A stretch of 64,000 nt of DNA from the NCBI RefSeq assembly GCF_044704955.1, contig NC_091992.1, positions 29,264,001-29,328,000 of the forward strand, given 5' to 3'. Both the position numbers and the translations under genes were made by a program. The stretch comes from Pristiophorus japonicus. Taxonomy: Eukaryota. Positions 39,401-52,033 of the stretch are shown piece after piece (position 1 is the first letter of the stretch; every line of letters starts with the position of its first letter). The notes under the pieces were generated by a model. The model saw only the letters and a program-made list of their open reading frames with translations. It was not told where the DNA came from and made no database searches.

Positions 39401-39403
39401 CCC
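36401..39403 (+). mobile_element. Harbinger derivative carrying only a spliced Myb/SANT-like gene
   Basis: TIRs gggctagaacctccactttt / aaaagtggaggttctcgccc with a 3-bp TSD TAT. Plus-strand exons at ~36830-37135 (GGRKRARRLLDEANASLL...), 37413-37568 and 37723-~38496 have canonical splice sites but broken frames. Confidence 0.8.
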
Positions 39404-39685
39404 TATTTCTTTTCTGGCTAATTGCACAATTTAGCTCAGGTTTTGATTTATCCCTAGCACTGAAGCCAGTGGTATCAGGAGTTAACAGGCAGGACAAATT
39501 TCTTCCCGAAAACTTTCAGTATCCCACATTTAGTGACAAATTTTGAGGCTTTAAAGAGGGTTCAGCGCATCCTAGCTTTGAGTAACATCATGGTCATGGC
39601 ACTCCTGGATTACAGCCCAAGGTACTGCTGTTACCATATGCAAGGAGATTTTCCCTGACAGCTGTGTGTCAGTGACATCCTAAAT

Positions 39686-39890
39686 GTAGTCGAGAGCATG
39701 CAGAAATCAAGCACGGGCTGCGGAAAGAGCGTGCGGTAAACCAGTCCCACCCACCCCTTCCCTCAACGACTATCTGTCCCACCTGTGACAGAGACTGTGG
39801 TTCTCGTATTGGACTGTTCAGTTACCTGAGAACTCATGTTAAGTGGAAGCAAGTTTTCCTCGATTCCGAGGGATTGCCGATGATGATGAT
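39686..39890 (+). mobile_element. RTE LINE 3' fragment
   Basis: CPTCDRDCGSRIGLFSYLRTH-type C2H2 end and (tga)n tail. Confidence 0.75.
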
Positions 39891-40748
39891 GTAATGTAGT
39901 GGGAAGGTTGTCTCTGATCACTATTTCTCCTCATGCTCTATGGCGCTTTTACTAGAAATAGCAAGTGGAAGAAATCCTCCTCCTACATTTAAAACTAACA
40001 CATAGGGAATGGGGTAAATCCCTACAATATTTTAAACATTGGGGAGGAGATATAGTTTTATTCAATTGCTGAAGCAAAACCAGTGAAAATGTGACCAGTC
40101 CATATTAACTGCACAGATTTTGCAAAAGATGCATTGAAGAAGGCAGTGTATTTACACCCATATAATGCCTAAATAGTCACAGAGATCTCATCACAGTGAT
40201 CTCACGTGCAAGCAGCACAATGATGGTTTTTCAATATGATTACATGCTCTCCACCCTCACCTGCGAGTCTTTTGAAAAACAAAAGTAAAACAGTTTATTA
40301 ATTGATGATAAAAACAGTAGTCTATAAAACAGCCAAAACTTTCCCATTCCCAAATGCTGTAAAATTGTGACACTTTTTGCCCTTCCATAATGCTACTTGG
40401 TAAATTGATCCCCTGGCTCAAATTACATGTTATTTTAATATGAAATGAAATCTTAGCAAACTGTTTGAACAAGATTTTAGTAAAAATGTGAAATGGGGGC
40501 AGTAAATGCTGGAAATACACAGCAGGTCTGTTCAAAGACGGTTAAAGTTTCAGGTTTAGAACCTTCATTGCATCTGAGTTCTGACAATGGGACTACACCT
40601 GAGATGTTAACCTACCTTTGTTCTTTTCAAATGTTGATGGACCCGCGACACATTGGCAGCAATTTCTGTTTCTTATTTCAGATTTCTAGCCCCTGCAGTT
40701 TTTTAAATTATTATTTAAAACGATCTCGCTATTGAAAGGCAGAGATTA

Positions 40749-41758
40749 GGGGGCCAAAATTCAGCCTCCCGAAAGGGCCTGTTACCACTGGAAAGCAGCG
40801 GCCACGCAGCAGTGGGGAATGCCCGGCGACTTTTTGTCAAATGACCGCCGCTCGCAAAATTCTCCTGGGTGGTTTATTTCGGCGGTCCCCACTTCTGCCC
40901 TGCTGCTGCCAAGCCCCCCTAACTGCGTCATCAAAGTGTGTTACGGCTATCTCCCGCCCCGCAAGCAAAATTTACCGTACACAATGTTATGTATGTTAAC
41001 TGGGTTTTACCTGCCACCGGAATCCTAATGGTCACTGGTGGACACGTGCAAGCCGTGTATATAATGTTGGCAGCCTTGCTGAATGCTCACTTTGAGAATA
41101 AATAAACTGGAGTAAGGTCATGCCTGAACTAGCTCACCGTACTTAGCCTCGTGGAGTTATTCGATACTTAACACAAAATCTTGCAGCCGCTGCGAGGTGC
41201 CCCCGACAGTTTTTTCTGTCAATGCACTGTGTTTGCAGTGTGTGCAAAATGGCGATGCGGCCGCCATTAAAGAGGAGGGCGCACGGCTGTAGCCGCCATC
41301 TTCTCTTTTTTGTCGGCTGACTGCCCGACAATTATGCCCCCGGGTTCGACCGGGGCGCCAACAGGCAGCCCGGCACCCCCTCTTGGGTGCCATTCCGCTG
41401 GCCCAGCCAAAACCCTCCCTGGTAGCCCAGTGGACCTAACTAAAATAATCGCAGAGCTTGCAGCGGCCCTCCCCTTTAAGTGAAGGGGAGAGACCTAGTG
41501 ACGCGCCAGTGTGATGATGTAATCAGCGCTACACTGATGACTGACAGCGGCGAACACTCCGCCCCGCCCACACTTTTGCCCCTCTTATGACCGATCTTCT
41601 GCTCTCCGCCCCACTTCTGCCCCCAATATGGATGACTTACGCCCCGTTCAAAAAAAAAGACAAAGAGCTGCATTTCGCCCAAGAGGCCACCGCGGTGGTG
41701 AAAACACAGTAAAAACGGTAGGTGCGACCCGTTTCCAGCAGAGGTGAATTTCTACCCC
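40749..41758. mobile_element. Harbinger MITE containing a solo LTR
   Basis: gggggccaaaattc ... gaatttctacccc; homologous to 45254-46033. Confidence 0.7.
40985..41173 (+). mobile_element. Short solo LTR
   Basis: tgtta...taaca termini, internal AATAAA, flanks cacaa/caaaa. Absent from the sister MITE at 45254. Confidence 0.65.
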
Positions 41759-43529
41759 GAGAAGTCATCAGGGAAAGAACATCGCCTCTAGACCTGGGTG
41801 TGTAGATAACTCAGATGGATGGCCTCTTTTTGATGAGTGTAAGATTCCTGTGGGAAAGGGGTTCGGTCACCCTTGACCCACTTCTTGTGGGAGCAGGTCA
41901 CAGCACAAAACTATCTCCTGGCAGATTGCCACTAAATGTTACATTCTATAATCTGGTAGTATTTTTGGTGCTCAAAATAGAAATATAGTCCACACATTAC
42001 AATAGTGACTACATTGTAAAAGTGCTTCATTGACCATAAAGCGCTTTGAGACATCCGGTGGTCGTGAAAGGCACTATATAAATGCAAGTCTTTATTTTTC
42101 TCAGCATTAACATCTCTCACTGTGTGTGCAAACATTCAAGGAAAAAATGTGCAATGTTGCATCTGGACACTGAGTGGCGCTGTGTTACATCACAGCCACT
42201 ATTTAGTTTGTTTAAGTCGCCAGGTTGTCCACTTTGATCAACAACAATTTGCATTTGTACACGGCCTTTAACATAATAAACATGTCACACAGCTTGTCAC
42301 AAGTGAGATTATTGGACTTAAGCAGTTGCAGGAGGATTAGGAGAGCAGAGTTGAAAAGATGGAAAAGAAGTAGAGAAGCAAAGAGACTTAAGGACAGAGT
42401 TCCAGTGGGTGGGACTTGGAGGGCTGACAAGCTGTGCTGCACAGTAAGAACTGCTGGTGTGAAGGTCTGCAGTCAATTTGAACAACTCTTAAGAGACTAT
42501 CTATAACATGTCTCAAACTTTATCTCTGCTTCCTTGTCTAGGCACATGTTGTTTATATTGCAGTCTCATCTCTGACCACCAGATGGCTGTATACACCTTA
42601 ATGTCAACCAGGGCATAAACCGGCGGTGGTGGATCAGCCATACCTTATAAAGCCCGCTTGATTCCCCTGAAACAATGGTAAGATCGGGCTGGGTGTATAA
42701 CAGGCAGCCGATCTGCTCCGCCCAGTTGAAAGCTCCGCCCAGTAACACATCTCCCTATTCGCAAGAAACTATTTTTGAAGTGAACACAACATTGAAATAC
42801 ACACTAAATTGTATCTGGGGGAATAATGATATTATTGTGCAAGTAAAGTATGGCCCAGTATTTCTAGATTCAGGTCATTAACACAGCTCCTCCCACCTCA
42901 TCTGAATGCCTTCCTGGCCTCGAAAGTCCCTGGGAATTCCTGGGCCATGGAAAGGAGATCTAACCCCATTCCCTTTTCTGTTTGTATTGTACCTGGGAAC
43001 TGAGCTCTGAGAAGTCAAATGGATGAAGTGCCTTTCAAATTCTGGTCCGGTATCTTCTTTCTGGTTCACTATCTCTAATCCGTGCTTTTACTACTAAAGT
43101 AACATGCTGTGTTGTCTTGGTGGAGTCGAAGGGAGCTTTTGTGAATTGTCTCGAGGTTTATGATCACTTATTAGCTACCAATGCTCTTGTGTACACATTG
43201 GTAGGACATTTTGTACCTGAATACTACAGCTGCAAGGTCTTTCTCTACTTCTCTACCTGCATTGTGGTCATGTAAATGCTCGTAAGGTATAAATGATCGG
43301 TTGTTCCTCTTGTAATAATACAGTGCCCATTCCTGAACTGGACACAGCAACACAAATTCTCACAGGCTTGGTCACGTCATAGTATTTCAGCACTGGGGTT
43401 TTTGAATTTAGCATTGCAGTTAAAAGGAAAAAAAATTGCATTTATGTAGTGTTTTTCACAATCTCAGAATGCAATAAGGCACTTTACAGACAATGAAGTA
43501 CTTTTTTAAAGTGTTGTCACTGCTGTAAT

Positions 43530-44125
43530 CATAGAATCGCAGATATTTACAGCACAGAGGGAGGCCATTCAGCCCACCGTGTCTGTGCTGGCCGAAACAG
43601 AGCTATCCAGCCTAACCCCACTTTCTAGCTCTTGGTCCGGAGCTCTGTAGGTTGCAGCACTTTGAGTGCATGTCCAAGTACTTTTTTAAAATGTGCTGAT
43701 TGTTTCTGCCTCCACCATCCTTTCAGGCTGTGAGTTCCAGACCCTCACCATGCTCTGGGTGAAAACATTTCTCCTCAACTCCCCTCTAATCCTTCTTTCA
43801 ATTACTTTAAATCTATGCCTCCTGCTAATTGACCTCCCTGCTGAGGGAAATAGATCCTTGCTGTCCACTCTATTAAGGCCCCTCATAATTTTATACACAT
43901 CAATCAAGTCTCCCTTGAGCCTCCTCTGTTCCAAATAAAACAACCCCAGCCTATCCAATCTTTCCTCGTAGCTAAAATTCTCCAGTCCTGGCAACATCCT
44001 CGTAAATCTCCTCCCTATCCTCTCTAGTGCAATCACATCCTTCCTGTAATGTGGTGACCAGAACTGCATGCAGTACTCTAGCTGTGGTCTAACTAGTGTT
44101 TTATGTAGTTCAAACATAACCTCCT
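43530..44125 (-). mobile_element. CR1 3' fragment
   Basis: ORF 43686-44186(-) has LVRPQLEYCMQFWSPHYRKDV...LKGDLIDVYKI. Confidence 0.88.
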
Positions 44126-45253
44126 GAGTGTAATGTCGGAAACGTGACAGCCAAAGTTGCACACAGCAATGTCCCGCAAACAACAATATGATAATGACAA
44201 GAGAATCTGTTTTTAGGTGTTGATTGAGAGATAAGTATTGGCCAGGGCACTGGGGAGAACTTCTCTGCTTTTCTTCAAAATAGCGCTCTCGTGTCCATCA
44301 ATCCGATGACATGCTTGATCTCCTGCTGTAGCGTTGGAGAAAGCCTCCAAAGAAATGACGTTTAATCGTTTTCTTCAACCAAAGTTACTGTGGGAGATTG
44401 GGAGAACCTCGGTGGAACTTCTATCCCCTATATCGTTATCCAGTAGCTTTCTGACAGCGTTGGCAGGAATCTGCCGAACTCATTCGCCAGCTTGTTTTGT
44501 TGCTGGTATTTTTGTCTGTTTGCTTGCTCCCAAATTATTTCCATCAGCTTTGAGCTCCCCTGCTGTGAGCATGCATCCTATCACACTGACTTTTCCTACT
44601 TTAAATTGCATTTGTTCACATTCAGCTTCACAGCCTGCCCCCTTAATCATTGTAAGATTTTTTTTGCAATCTTTAGTCATGTTTCTCTTTATTCTCTCCC
44701 TAAATCAGGATATCATGTACAATAATATCTGCTCCTTCACTGTCATCTAACGTGCAATGTTATATGTTGGAACATTTTTGGAGCGGAGGTGATTCCCAAA
44801 GGGCATTCTGGTACACACATATCTGCCAAACGGGCTCTACTTCCTATGTCATCCTCATTGAATTATTTTTTTTCTTTCTATGGAGTTGGAGTTTGGAGAA
44901 TAGTTTAAAAAAAAAATCACAAATTAGATATAGATCAGGAAGACCATTCGACACTTCTTAGCTCATCCACCAACTCCACTCAATCACGTGATCCTACAGG
45001 GCCCCTATCATGGCCTCCAACATTTTTGCCTTCATCACTCCACTATCCATTCAATGGATTTATGTAATTTTGTGTGATAAAGAACTTTATTACACTCCTA
45101 AATTTGCCTTTTGCTAGTTTGAACTTGTGCCCTCCCATTGTAAAGGTTGGTTTGAAGTAGTCTTGGGGAATTATCTTTTCTAACCTGCTTATTATATCTC
45201 TCTCTACATAAAGCTCCCTCTGTGTTGCATCCCTGCAAGGATAAAGAACCCAA

Positions 45254-46033
45254 GGCCCCAAAATTGCCCCTTTCCGTAAGGCCTCTTAACACTGGAAAGC
45301 AGTGGCCATGCTGTGGAGTGCAATGGCCGCCGACTTTTCGTGTAATGGCCGGCATTATCGAAATTTCACTCCTACGCTATCCCGGCGGTGACCCGCTCTC
45401 CCACCTACTGCTCCACTGCTGTCGCTCCGTGCTAAGTGCGTCATCACCGTGCGCACTACCAATGTTTGCCATTGATGGTGAAATTACACCGCGGCGGTGC
45501 CGAAACAAGCGGCACTGCAGTGAGGCTGAGGCCTTCTGTAATGGTGGCACAGCTCACATTAAAGGGGAGGACACACTGCTGTTGCTGCCATGTTTTTTTT
45601 TTTGTCGGCTGACTGCCATGTCGGGCCCACAATTATACCCCCAGGTTCGTCCGGGCCGCCAACAGGCAGCCTGACACCCCCCTCTTGGATGCCAGGCTGC
45701 TGGTCCAGCCGAAACCCTCCCTGGTGGCCCAGTGGACTGAAGATTAAACATGGCGCAGGCTTTCTCCTTTAAGTGAAGGGGAGAGCCGTGCTGATGCAGT
45801 GCCGTGATGACATCATCGCGGTGGTCACTCTGCACCGCCCCCAACTTCCGCCACTCTTATGTATTTACCGGCCCACTTCCGTCCCCATTATGAGCGACTT
45901 CCAGTCTGCCTGGAAAAAAAAACAAAGAGCGGAATTTCGCTCAAGAGGCCACCTCAACCACTGCGGCATTAAAAGCACTCAAAACGGGGTGGGTGTGTGC
46001 GCCCCATTTCGGTCGGAGGGCAATTTCGGGGCC
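45254..46033. mobile_element. Harbinger MITE
   Basis: TIR ggccccaaaattgccc / gggcaatttcggggcc with a 3-bp TSD CAA. Confidence 0.8.
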
Positions 46034-47127
46034 CAAGATTCTCCAGACTTTGATCCTACCTCAGTCTTGTGGCTCTTCCCAGACCATTCCAGAGCCTGTA
46101 TATCAACCTTCTGTGTTGGTGATTAGGGCTGGCCATACCTTTCAGCCCTTTCCCCGTGTCTGATTGGATTGTCAACTTTCCATTGGGCACTTGTGACTGA
46201 GGTGACACTGATGATCATGGAACCAGAATGAGAGTTGAGGGATTCTTTAAAGTAATCTTGCCGAGAATTGCTGATTAGGACCTTGGAACTCAGTGCAGCA
46301 CTGTTAAAGTATGATTTCTATCAAATGATTTCCTCGATTTTGTAATTTTACGAGCAGCGGGGACTTGTAAAACTGGCGCTCGTATTATTACTTTAATTCA
46401 TATGTCTCAACAAAGCTTTTGTAAACGGCATCCAGCTCACCTTAAAAAAAGTCACAAAAAACAGAGTGGGCAATGGTTGTTTAAAACATTGCTGCTCTCA
46501 GTGCAACAGCAAGGGAGAGCAGGCAGCTCTACCACTGAGCCCTATGATTAAGTGCACACTGCCTGAAATACCAGTGCCAATAATTAGGGACAAGTCTCAA
46601 TGCTGCTTCAGTGCTCGTCCCCTGTGGAGATTAAAAAAAACTTTAATATCAAACAAAAAAAAGGCCAGGAAATGACCTTTTTAACAAAAAAAAGACGTGT
46701 GAATTTTGAATATTATAGAAACTCCCTACAGGTTGAACTGTTTCAGTAACAGATCTCTTTGCCATGACTTAAAATATCACACATAAAAATGATGGTTGCC
46801 TGTACTATGGAATACATGGGCTGTGTTCATGATGCACTTCGAAGAAAATACCAAATCCTAATTTTTATAATGTTTCACTTCCAGTTTTACCCAGAATTAT
46901 TTTTCCTGCTTGTCTCCAGTCACCCTCAGTGCAGAGGGGTATTGCCACTCTGAAATATGCACTTACCCGGGACCTCGATTGTTATCGCCTGTTTCTTCCT
47001 CTTTTTGGGAACACTGCAAGTTGACGGTCTCTGCCTTGTTGCCAGGCTGAAGGACAAATAAATAGAAATCTGAATGTGGGCAAACTACTCACAAGGTATT
47101 AAGTGCAATAGTACTAGCAGATAATAT

Positions 47128-47737
47128 GCACCATGTACAGTAGGCACCTCAAAACACTGGAGAAGTACCACCAACACTGCCTCTGCAAAATCCTGAAAAT
47201 CCATTGGCAGGATAGGTGCACCAACGTCACGTTCTCTCTCAGGCCAACATCACCTGCATCGAAGCATTGCCCGCGCTCGATCAGCTCCGGTGAGCGGGCC
47301 ACATTGTCCGCATGCCATATGCTAGACTCCCGAAACAGGCACTCTACTCTGAGCTACGTCATAGCAGGCGAACCTCAGGAGGGCAGAGAAAATGCTTCAA
47401 GGACACCCTCAAAGCCTCCTTGAAAAAATGCAACATCCCCACCAACTCTTGGGAATCCTTGGCCTAAGACCGCTCAAAGTGGAGGAGGAGCATCCGAGAA
47501 GGCGTCGAACACTTCGAGTCTCTTCGCCAGGAACACGTGGAAACCAAGCACAAAAAGTGGAAGGAGCGTACGACAAATCAAGCACCCCACCCACCCGTCC
47601 CTCTAACCACCATCTGCCCCTTACCTGTGATGGAGACTGTAGATCGCCCATTGGCCTCACCAGTCACCTTAGAACTCATCTTATTGTGGAAACAAGTCAT
47701 CCTCCACTCCGGGGGACTGCCTAAGAAGAAGAGAAGA
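47128..47737 (+). mobile_element. RTE LINE 3' fragment
   Basis: MYSRHLKTLEKYHQHCLCKILKIHWQDR plus a decayed QLRWAGH...RLPKQ region; ends gggactgcct(aag)n. Confidence 0.85.
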
Positions 47738-48772
47738 ATATGCACCACCTCAGGAAACATTACCCAAGGGGTGGGAAGCTGATCCTGGAGAGGGTCGAGC
47801 GTGGGCTGGCTTAAGGTGTCATCTTAAACTGTTCTAATTCCTGGTTCCAAGTGTAGACAATGTCCTTTGTTTGCACCGATGCATTTGTTTAGCCAGATGG
47901 TAAATACAAAGCTGATCCCCAGTTGATATTCTCAGCCACCTGTTAGCACCTGCATGGGGAGATTAGCGTATGGGCTTGTGGGAGGAGGTTCAGGAGGTTT
48001 GGATTGGCAGCATGCCAAGTTTTAGTCTCCCTGCTATTTGACTTTGATATTATTAAATTTTTTAAGTGTAGGATTTCACTGCATTTTAAATAGGAATCTG
48101 CTGATAATTCTTATTATTGATAATTAAAATAGGAAAAAGCTCATTTTAAATATCAACTCCAAGCTTTTAACACTTTGTCAGATGCTGCCTTGAAGGGAAG
48201 TGATAACATGATCTTTTCCCCCTTATTCTTGCAAGCCCAACCTGGCCGATTCTGTTGGGCAGTTTTAACATTTAGGAACATACATGCCTGGAAATGATAA
48301 TTTTAGTCCATCTGGCTGGGCCCAGAGTTTATAAATAGGATACATCATTCATTACCTGGATCCTGTAATTGAGAGAAATTATATTCCAAACAGTGCGAAT
48401 TCTGGGTGCGGAAAGCTTTGTGTTGCACTAGTGCAGTAGGGGTTGCCTTCTGAGGTTGGAGGTTGCAGCGTGTTGTGGGAGAGAGAGCGGACTTGCTTGT
48501 CCAGTCTACACTTGGGGAAGTAGGTCACCAGGATTTTGTGATGCATTAAGATATTAATTAAATATGCTTGATGAGTCAAATCACACCCGTGTCTTAGCTG
48601 AATGTTACAATAATTAGGGGGAGGGGAGAGAAAAAGAAAGAGCAAATCTTTCACCCATACTATCATTTCAGAGTGGGCATATCTCAGGCAGTTCCTGGAC
48701 TTGCCCTGGAATTATTTCCATTATGTCCTTCAAAGGTTTCAATAGAATAACACCAGCAACTGGTCACATAGT

Positions 48773-49110
48773 GGCTAAGTTACTGGACCAGTAATCTAGA
48801 GGCTGAGACTAATGATCCAGATAATTGAGTTCAACTGTGACCATGAAACTATCAAGATTGTTGTAAAGACCCATCTGGTTCACTAATGTCCTTTAGGGAA
48901 GGAAATCTGCTGTCCTTACCCGGTCTGGCCAATATGTGACTCTTAACTGCCCTCTGGCATGCCTGCCACTCAGTTGTAACAAACTGCTACAAAAAGCACC
49001 ACACAGACTGCAGCGGCTCAAGAAGGCGGCACACCACCATCTTCTCAAGGGCAGTTAAGGATGGGTAATAAATGCTGGCCTTGCCAATGACACCCATGAA
49101 TGAATTTTAA
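48773..49110 (+). mobile_element. tRNA-derived SINE with LINE-type tail
   Basis: tagtgg...tactggaccagtaatc head; tail cttctcaagggcagttaaggatgggtaataaatgctggcc matches 23990-24050. Confidence 0.65.
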
Positions 49111-49493
49111 AAACTGTTGCTGCCACAGCTAATCAATCCTAGAGGGGAGAGAGAGTGAGCTTTTATGTTGCATTCGAGTCATCCTCCACTCATGCTGTGA
49201 GAGCTTGATGTTTATACTGGGTACAAATGTTCAAAAGACATTTCATTCTCCAGGCCGCGCATCCCATACCTTGATAAGTCTGAGTAAAATATCCACTCCA
49301 CAGGGAGAAAAATATCCTCGTGTGAAAATTATGGCACTTTTTCTCAAGGATCCCCATTTTTGACATCTCTGAATTGTCGTGTTTGTGTTGAAAATTCTGT
49401 AAGCTTGAAATTCTGAATGACTACCCCTCTGAAAGAAAAAAATATGACTGCTTCAGGAGTGTATATTTACATGATATTCCTTCTTTCTGCAAG

Positions 49494-49571
49494 TTCTCCA
49501 CTATGGAATCAAATCCCGATCTGGACCAGGGAGTCATTTGGATTTACCAAGAAGGATGATGGTGAATTCTG
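49494..49571 (+). CDS. Calpain exon 8 (SPLWNQIP...KKDDGEFW)
   Basis: S..W..I...DDGEFW motif; ttctgcaag acceptor and TG|gtagga donor; phases 2/2. Confidence 0.92.
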
Positions 49572-49683
49572 GTAGGACATTTCAGCCCATCAATTTCACA
49601 TTATTTAATAATTGTTCTTTTGCTGTTTATACTGCTGGTAAATTGTCCAGTCAGCACTGTCATAACACGGTCTTATTTCATAG

Positions 49684-49769
49684 GATGAAGTTCGATGACT
49701 TCTGTGAAAAATTTGCAAATGTCACAGTTTTGACTCTGGGGCCTGACTTTGATGGTGACGGAGGTGCAG
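49684..49769 (+). CDS. Calpain exon 9 (MKFDDFCEKFANVTVLTLGPDFDGDGGA)
   Basis: W|M.F.DF...F end of CysPc; catag acceptor and G|gtaacg donor; the preceding intron is 112 bp. Confidence 0.92.
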
Positions 49770-50074
49770 GTAACGACAGGAATTTTAATAAATCTATTAA
49801 TGGAAGTTACTCACGTTCTGTGGGTGAGGGAACTGGTCCTCATATTTAAAAATAAGTTAAGGAAAGAAAATAAAAGTCAGCTTTTTGCCTCTTAAGACCA
49901 ATTATGAGAAAGTCATTGAGATGAGGAGTGAAGGAGGGGTGGTGGGTGGGCGTACAAACAAAAATTGAGTAGTGAGCTCGAAGCCAGACCAGACATTCGT
50001 TGAATCACCACAATACTGAGAGAAGTGAATAGTTCAGAAGCGTTTCTTGCTTCACATAATCAGTAGAGTGACCA

Positions 50075-50840
50075 GAGGAGGCGGGAGCTCGGAGCAGCGC
50101 GAGTCCGGGGTCGGCGAGAGGCCTATAAAGGCCAGCGGGAGCTCGGAGCAGTCAGTCGAGGAGGCGGGAGCTCGGAGCAGCGCGAGTCCGGGGTCGGCGA
50201 GAGGCCTATAAAGGCCAGCGGGAGCTCGGAGCAGTCAGTCGAGGAGGCGGGAGCTCGGAGCAGCGCGAGTCCGGGGTCGGCGAGAGGCCTATAAAGGCCA
50301 GCGGGAGCTCGGAGCAGTCAGTCGAGGAGGCGGGAGCTCGGAGCAGCGCGAGTCCGGGGTCGGCGAGAGGCCTATAAAGGCCAGCGGGAGCTCGGAGCAG
50401 TCAGTCGAGGAGGCGGGAGCTCGGAGCAGCGCGAGTCCGGGGTCGGCGAGAGGCCTATAAAGGCCAGCGGGAGCTCGGAGCAGTCAGTCGAGGAGGCGGG
50501 AGCTCGGAGCAGCGCGAGTCCGGGGTCGGCGAGAGGCCTATAAAGGCCAGCGGGAGCTCGGAGCAGTCAGTCGAGGAGGCGGGAGCTCGGAGCAGCGCGA
50601 GTCCGGGGTCGGCGAGAGGCCTATAAAGGCCAGCGGGAGCTCGGAGCAGTCAGTCGAGGAGGCGGGAGCTCGGAGCAGCGCGAGTCCGGGGTCGGCGAGA
50701 GGCCTATAAAGGCCAGCGGGAGCTCGGAGCAGTCAGTCGAGGAGGCGGGAGCTCGGAGCAGCGCGAGTCCGGGGTCGGCGAGAGGCCTATAAAGGCCAGC
50801 GGGAGCTCGGAGCAGCGCGAGTCCGGGGTCGGCGAGAGGC
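50075..50840 (+). repeat. 83-bp GC-rich tandem array (about 9 units) in the CR1 5' UTR
   Basis: TATAAA recurs at 50124, 50207, 50290, 50373, 50456, 50539, 50622, 50705 and 50788 (exact 83-bp period). Confidence 0.95.
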
Positions 50841-50880
50841 GTACCGGTGCAGCTACAGGGAGAAGGCAAAAAAAACAAAG

Positions 50881-50923
50881 GTGACGTCACAGCCTAGGCG
50901 GTAAGTGATTGGCTGGTGATTGG
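50881..50923 (+). promoter_or_regulatory. CRE palindrome plus two inverted CCAAT boxes in the CR1 5' UTR
   Basis: gTGACGTCAc at 50881-50890, then gtgATTGGctggtgATTGG. Motif match only. Confidence 0.45.
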
Positions 50924-51008
50924 TGAGTAGTTTTTCTTTTTCTTCTTATATTAGTCAGTAACTTTTAACATTGTTATTACCAGTTTAAGTGTATCTAAGG
51001 GTTAAGAC

Positions 51009-51956
51009 ATGGCAGGAGAGCTCGGTCGGGTGTTATGCTCCTCCTGTACCATGTGGGAACTCAGGGACGCTTCCGGTGTCCCTGACGACTATGTGTGCGG
51101 GAAGTGTATCCGCCTCCAGCTCCTGACGGTCCGCGTTACGGAATTGGAGCTGAAGGTGGATTCACTCTGGAGCATCCACGATGCTGAGAATGACGTGAGT
51201 ATCACGTGTAGTGAGTTGGTCTTACCGCAGGGAAAGGGTCCACAGCCAGATAGGGAATGGAAGACCAGCAGGAAGAGTAGAGCAAGGAAGGTAGTGCAGG
51301 GGTCCCCTGCGGTCATCCCCCTGCAAAACAGATACACCGCTTTGGGTACTGTTGAGGGGAATGACTCATCAGGGGAGGGCAGCAGCAGCCAAGTTCATGG
51401 CACCGTGGCTGGCTCTGCTGCACAGGAGGGCAAGAAAAAGAGTGGGAGAGCGATAGTGATAGGGGATTCAATTGTGAGGGGAATAGATAGGCGTTTCTGC
51501 GGCCGCAACCGAGACTCCAGGATGGTATGTTGCCTCCCTGGTGCAAGGGTCAAGGATGTCTCGGAGCGGGTGCAGGACATTCTGAAATGGGAGGGAGAAC
51601 AGCCAGTTGTCGTGGTGCACATTGGTACCAACGACATAGGCAAAAAAAGGGATGAGGTCCTACGAAACGAATTTAAGGAGCTAGGAGCTAAATTAAAAAG
51701 TAGGACCTCAAAAGTAGTAATCTCGGGATTGCTACCAGTGCCACGTGATAGTCAGAGTAGGAATCGCAGGATAGCGCAGATGAATACGTGGCTTGAGCAG
51801 TGGTGCAGCAGGGAGGGATTCAAATTCCTGGGGCATTGGGACCGGTTCTGGGGGAGGTGGGACCAGTACAAACCGGACGGTCTGCACCTGGGCAGGACTG
51901 GAACCAATGTCCTCGGGGGAGTGTTTGCTAGTGCTGTTGGGGAGGATTTAAACTAA
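51009..51956 (+). CDS. CR1 ORF1p: zinc finger/leucine zipper plus SGNH esterase
   Basis: CSSC...CGKC, heptad LLTVRVTELELKVDSL, GDS, GTND and DGLH motifs; 315 aa. Confidence 0.93.
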   Translation: MAGELGRVLCSSCTMWELRDASGVPDDYVCGKCIRLQLLTVRVTELELKVDSLWSIHDAENDVSITCSELVLPQGKGPQPDREWKTSRKSRARKVVQGSPAVIPLQNRYTALGTVEGNDSSGEGSSSQVHGTVAGSAAQEGKKKSGRAIVIGDSIVRGIDRRFCGRNRDSRMVCCLPGARVKDVSERVQDILKWEGEQPVVVVHIGTNDIGKKRDEVLRNEFKELGAKLKSRTSKVVISGLLPVPRDSQSRNRRIAQMNTWLEQWCSREGFKFLGHWDRFWGRWDQYKPDGLHLGRTGTNVLGGVFASAVGEDLN

Positions 51957-52033
51957 TATGGCAGGGGGATGGGAACCAATGCAGGGAGACAGAGGGAAAC
52001 AAAAAGGAGCCAAAAGCAAAAGACAGAAAGGAG

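Noticed and set aside
50075-50840. Regular repeat array as a possible CRISPR
   Set aside because: Units are identical head-to-tail with no unique spacers, there are no cas genes, and the context is a eukaryotic LINE 5' UTR.
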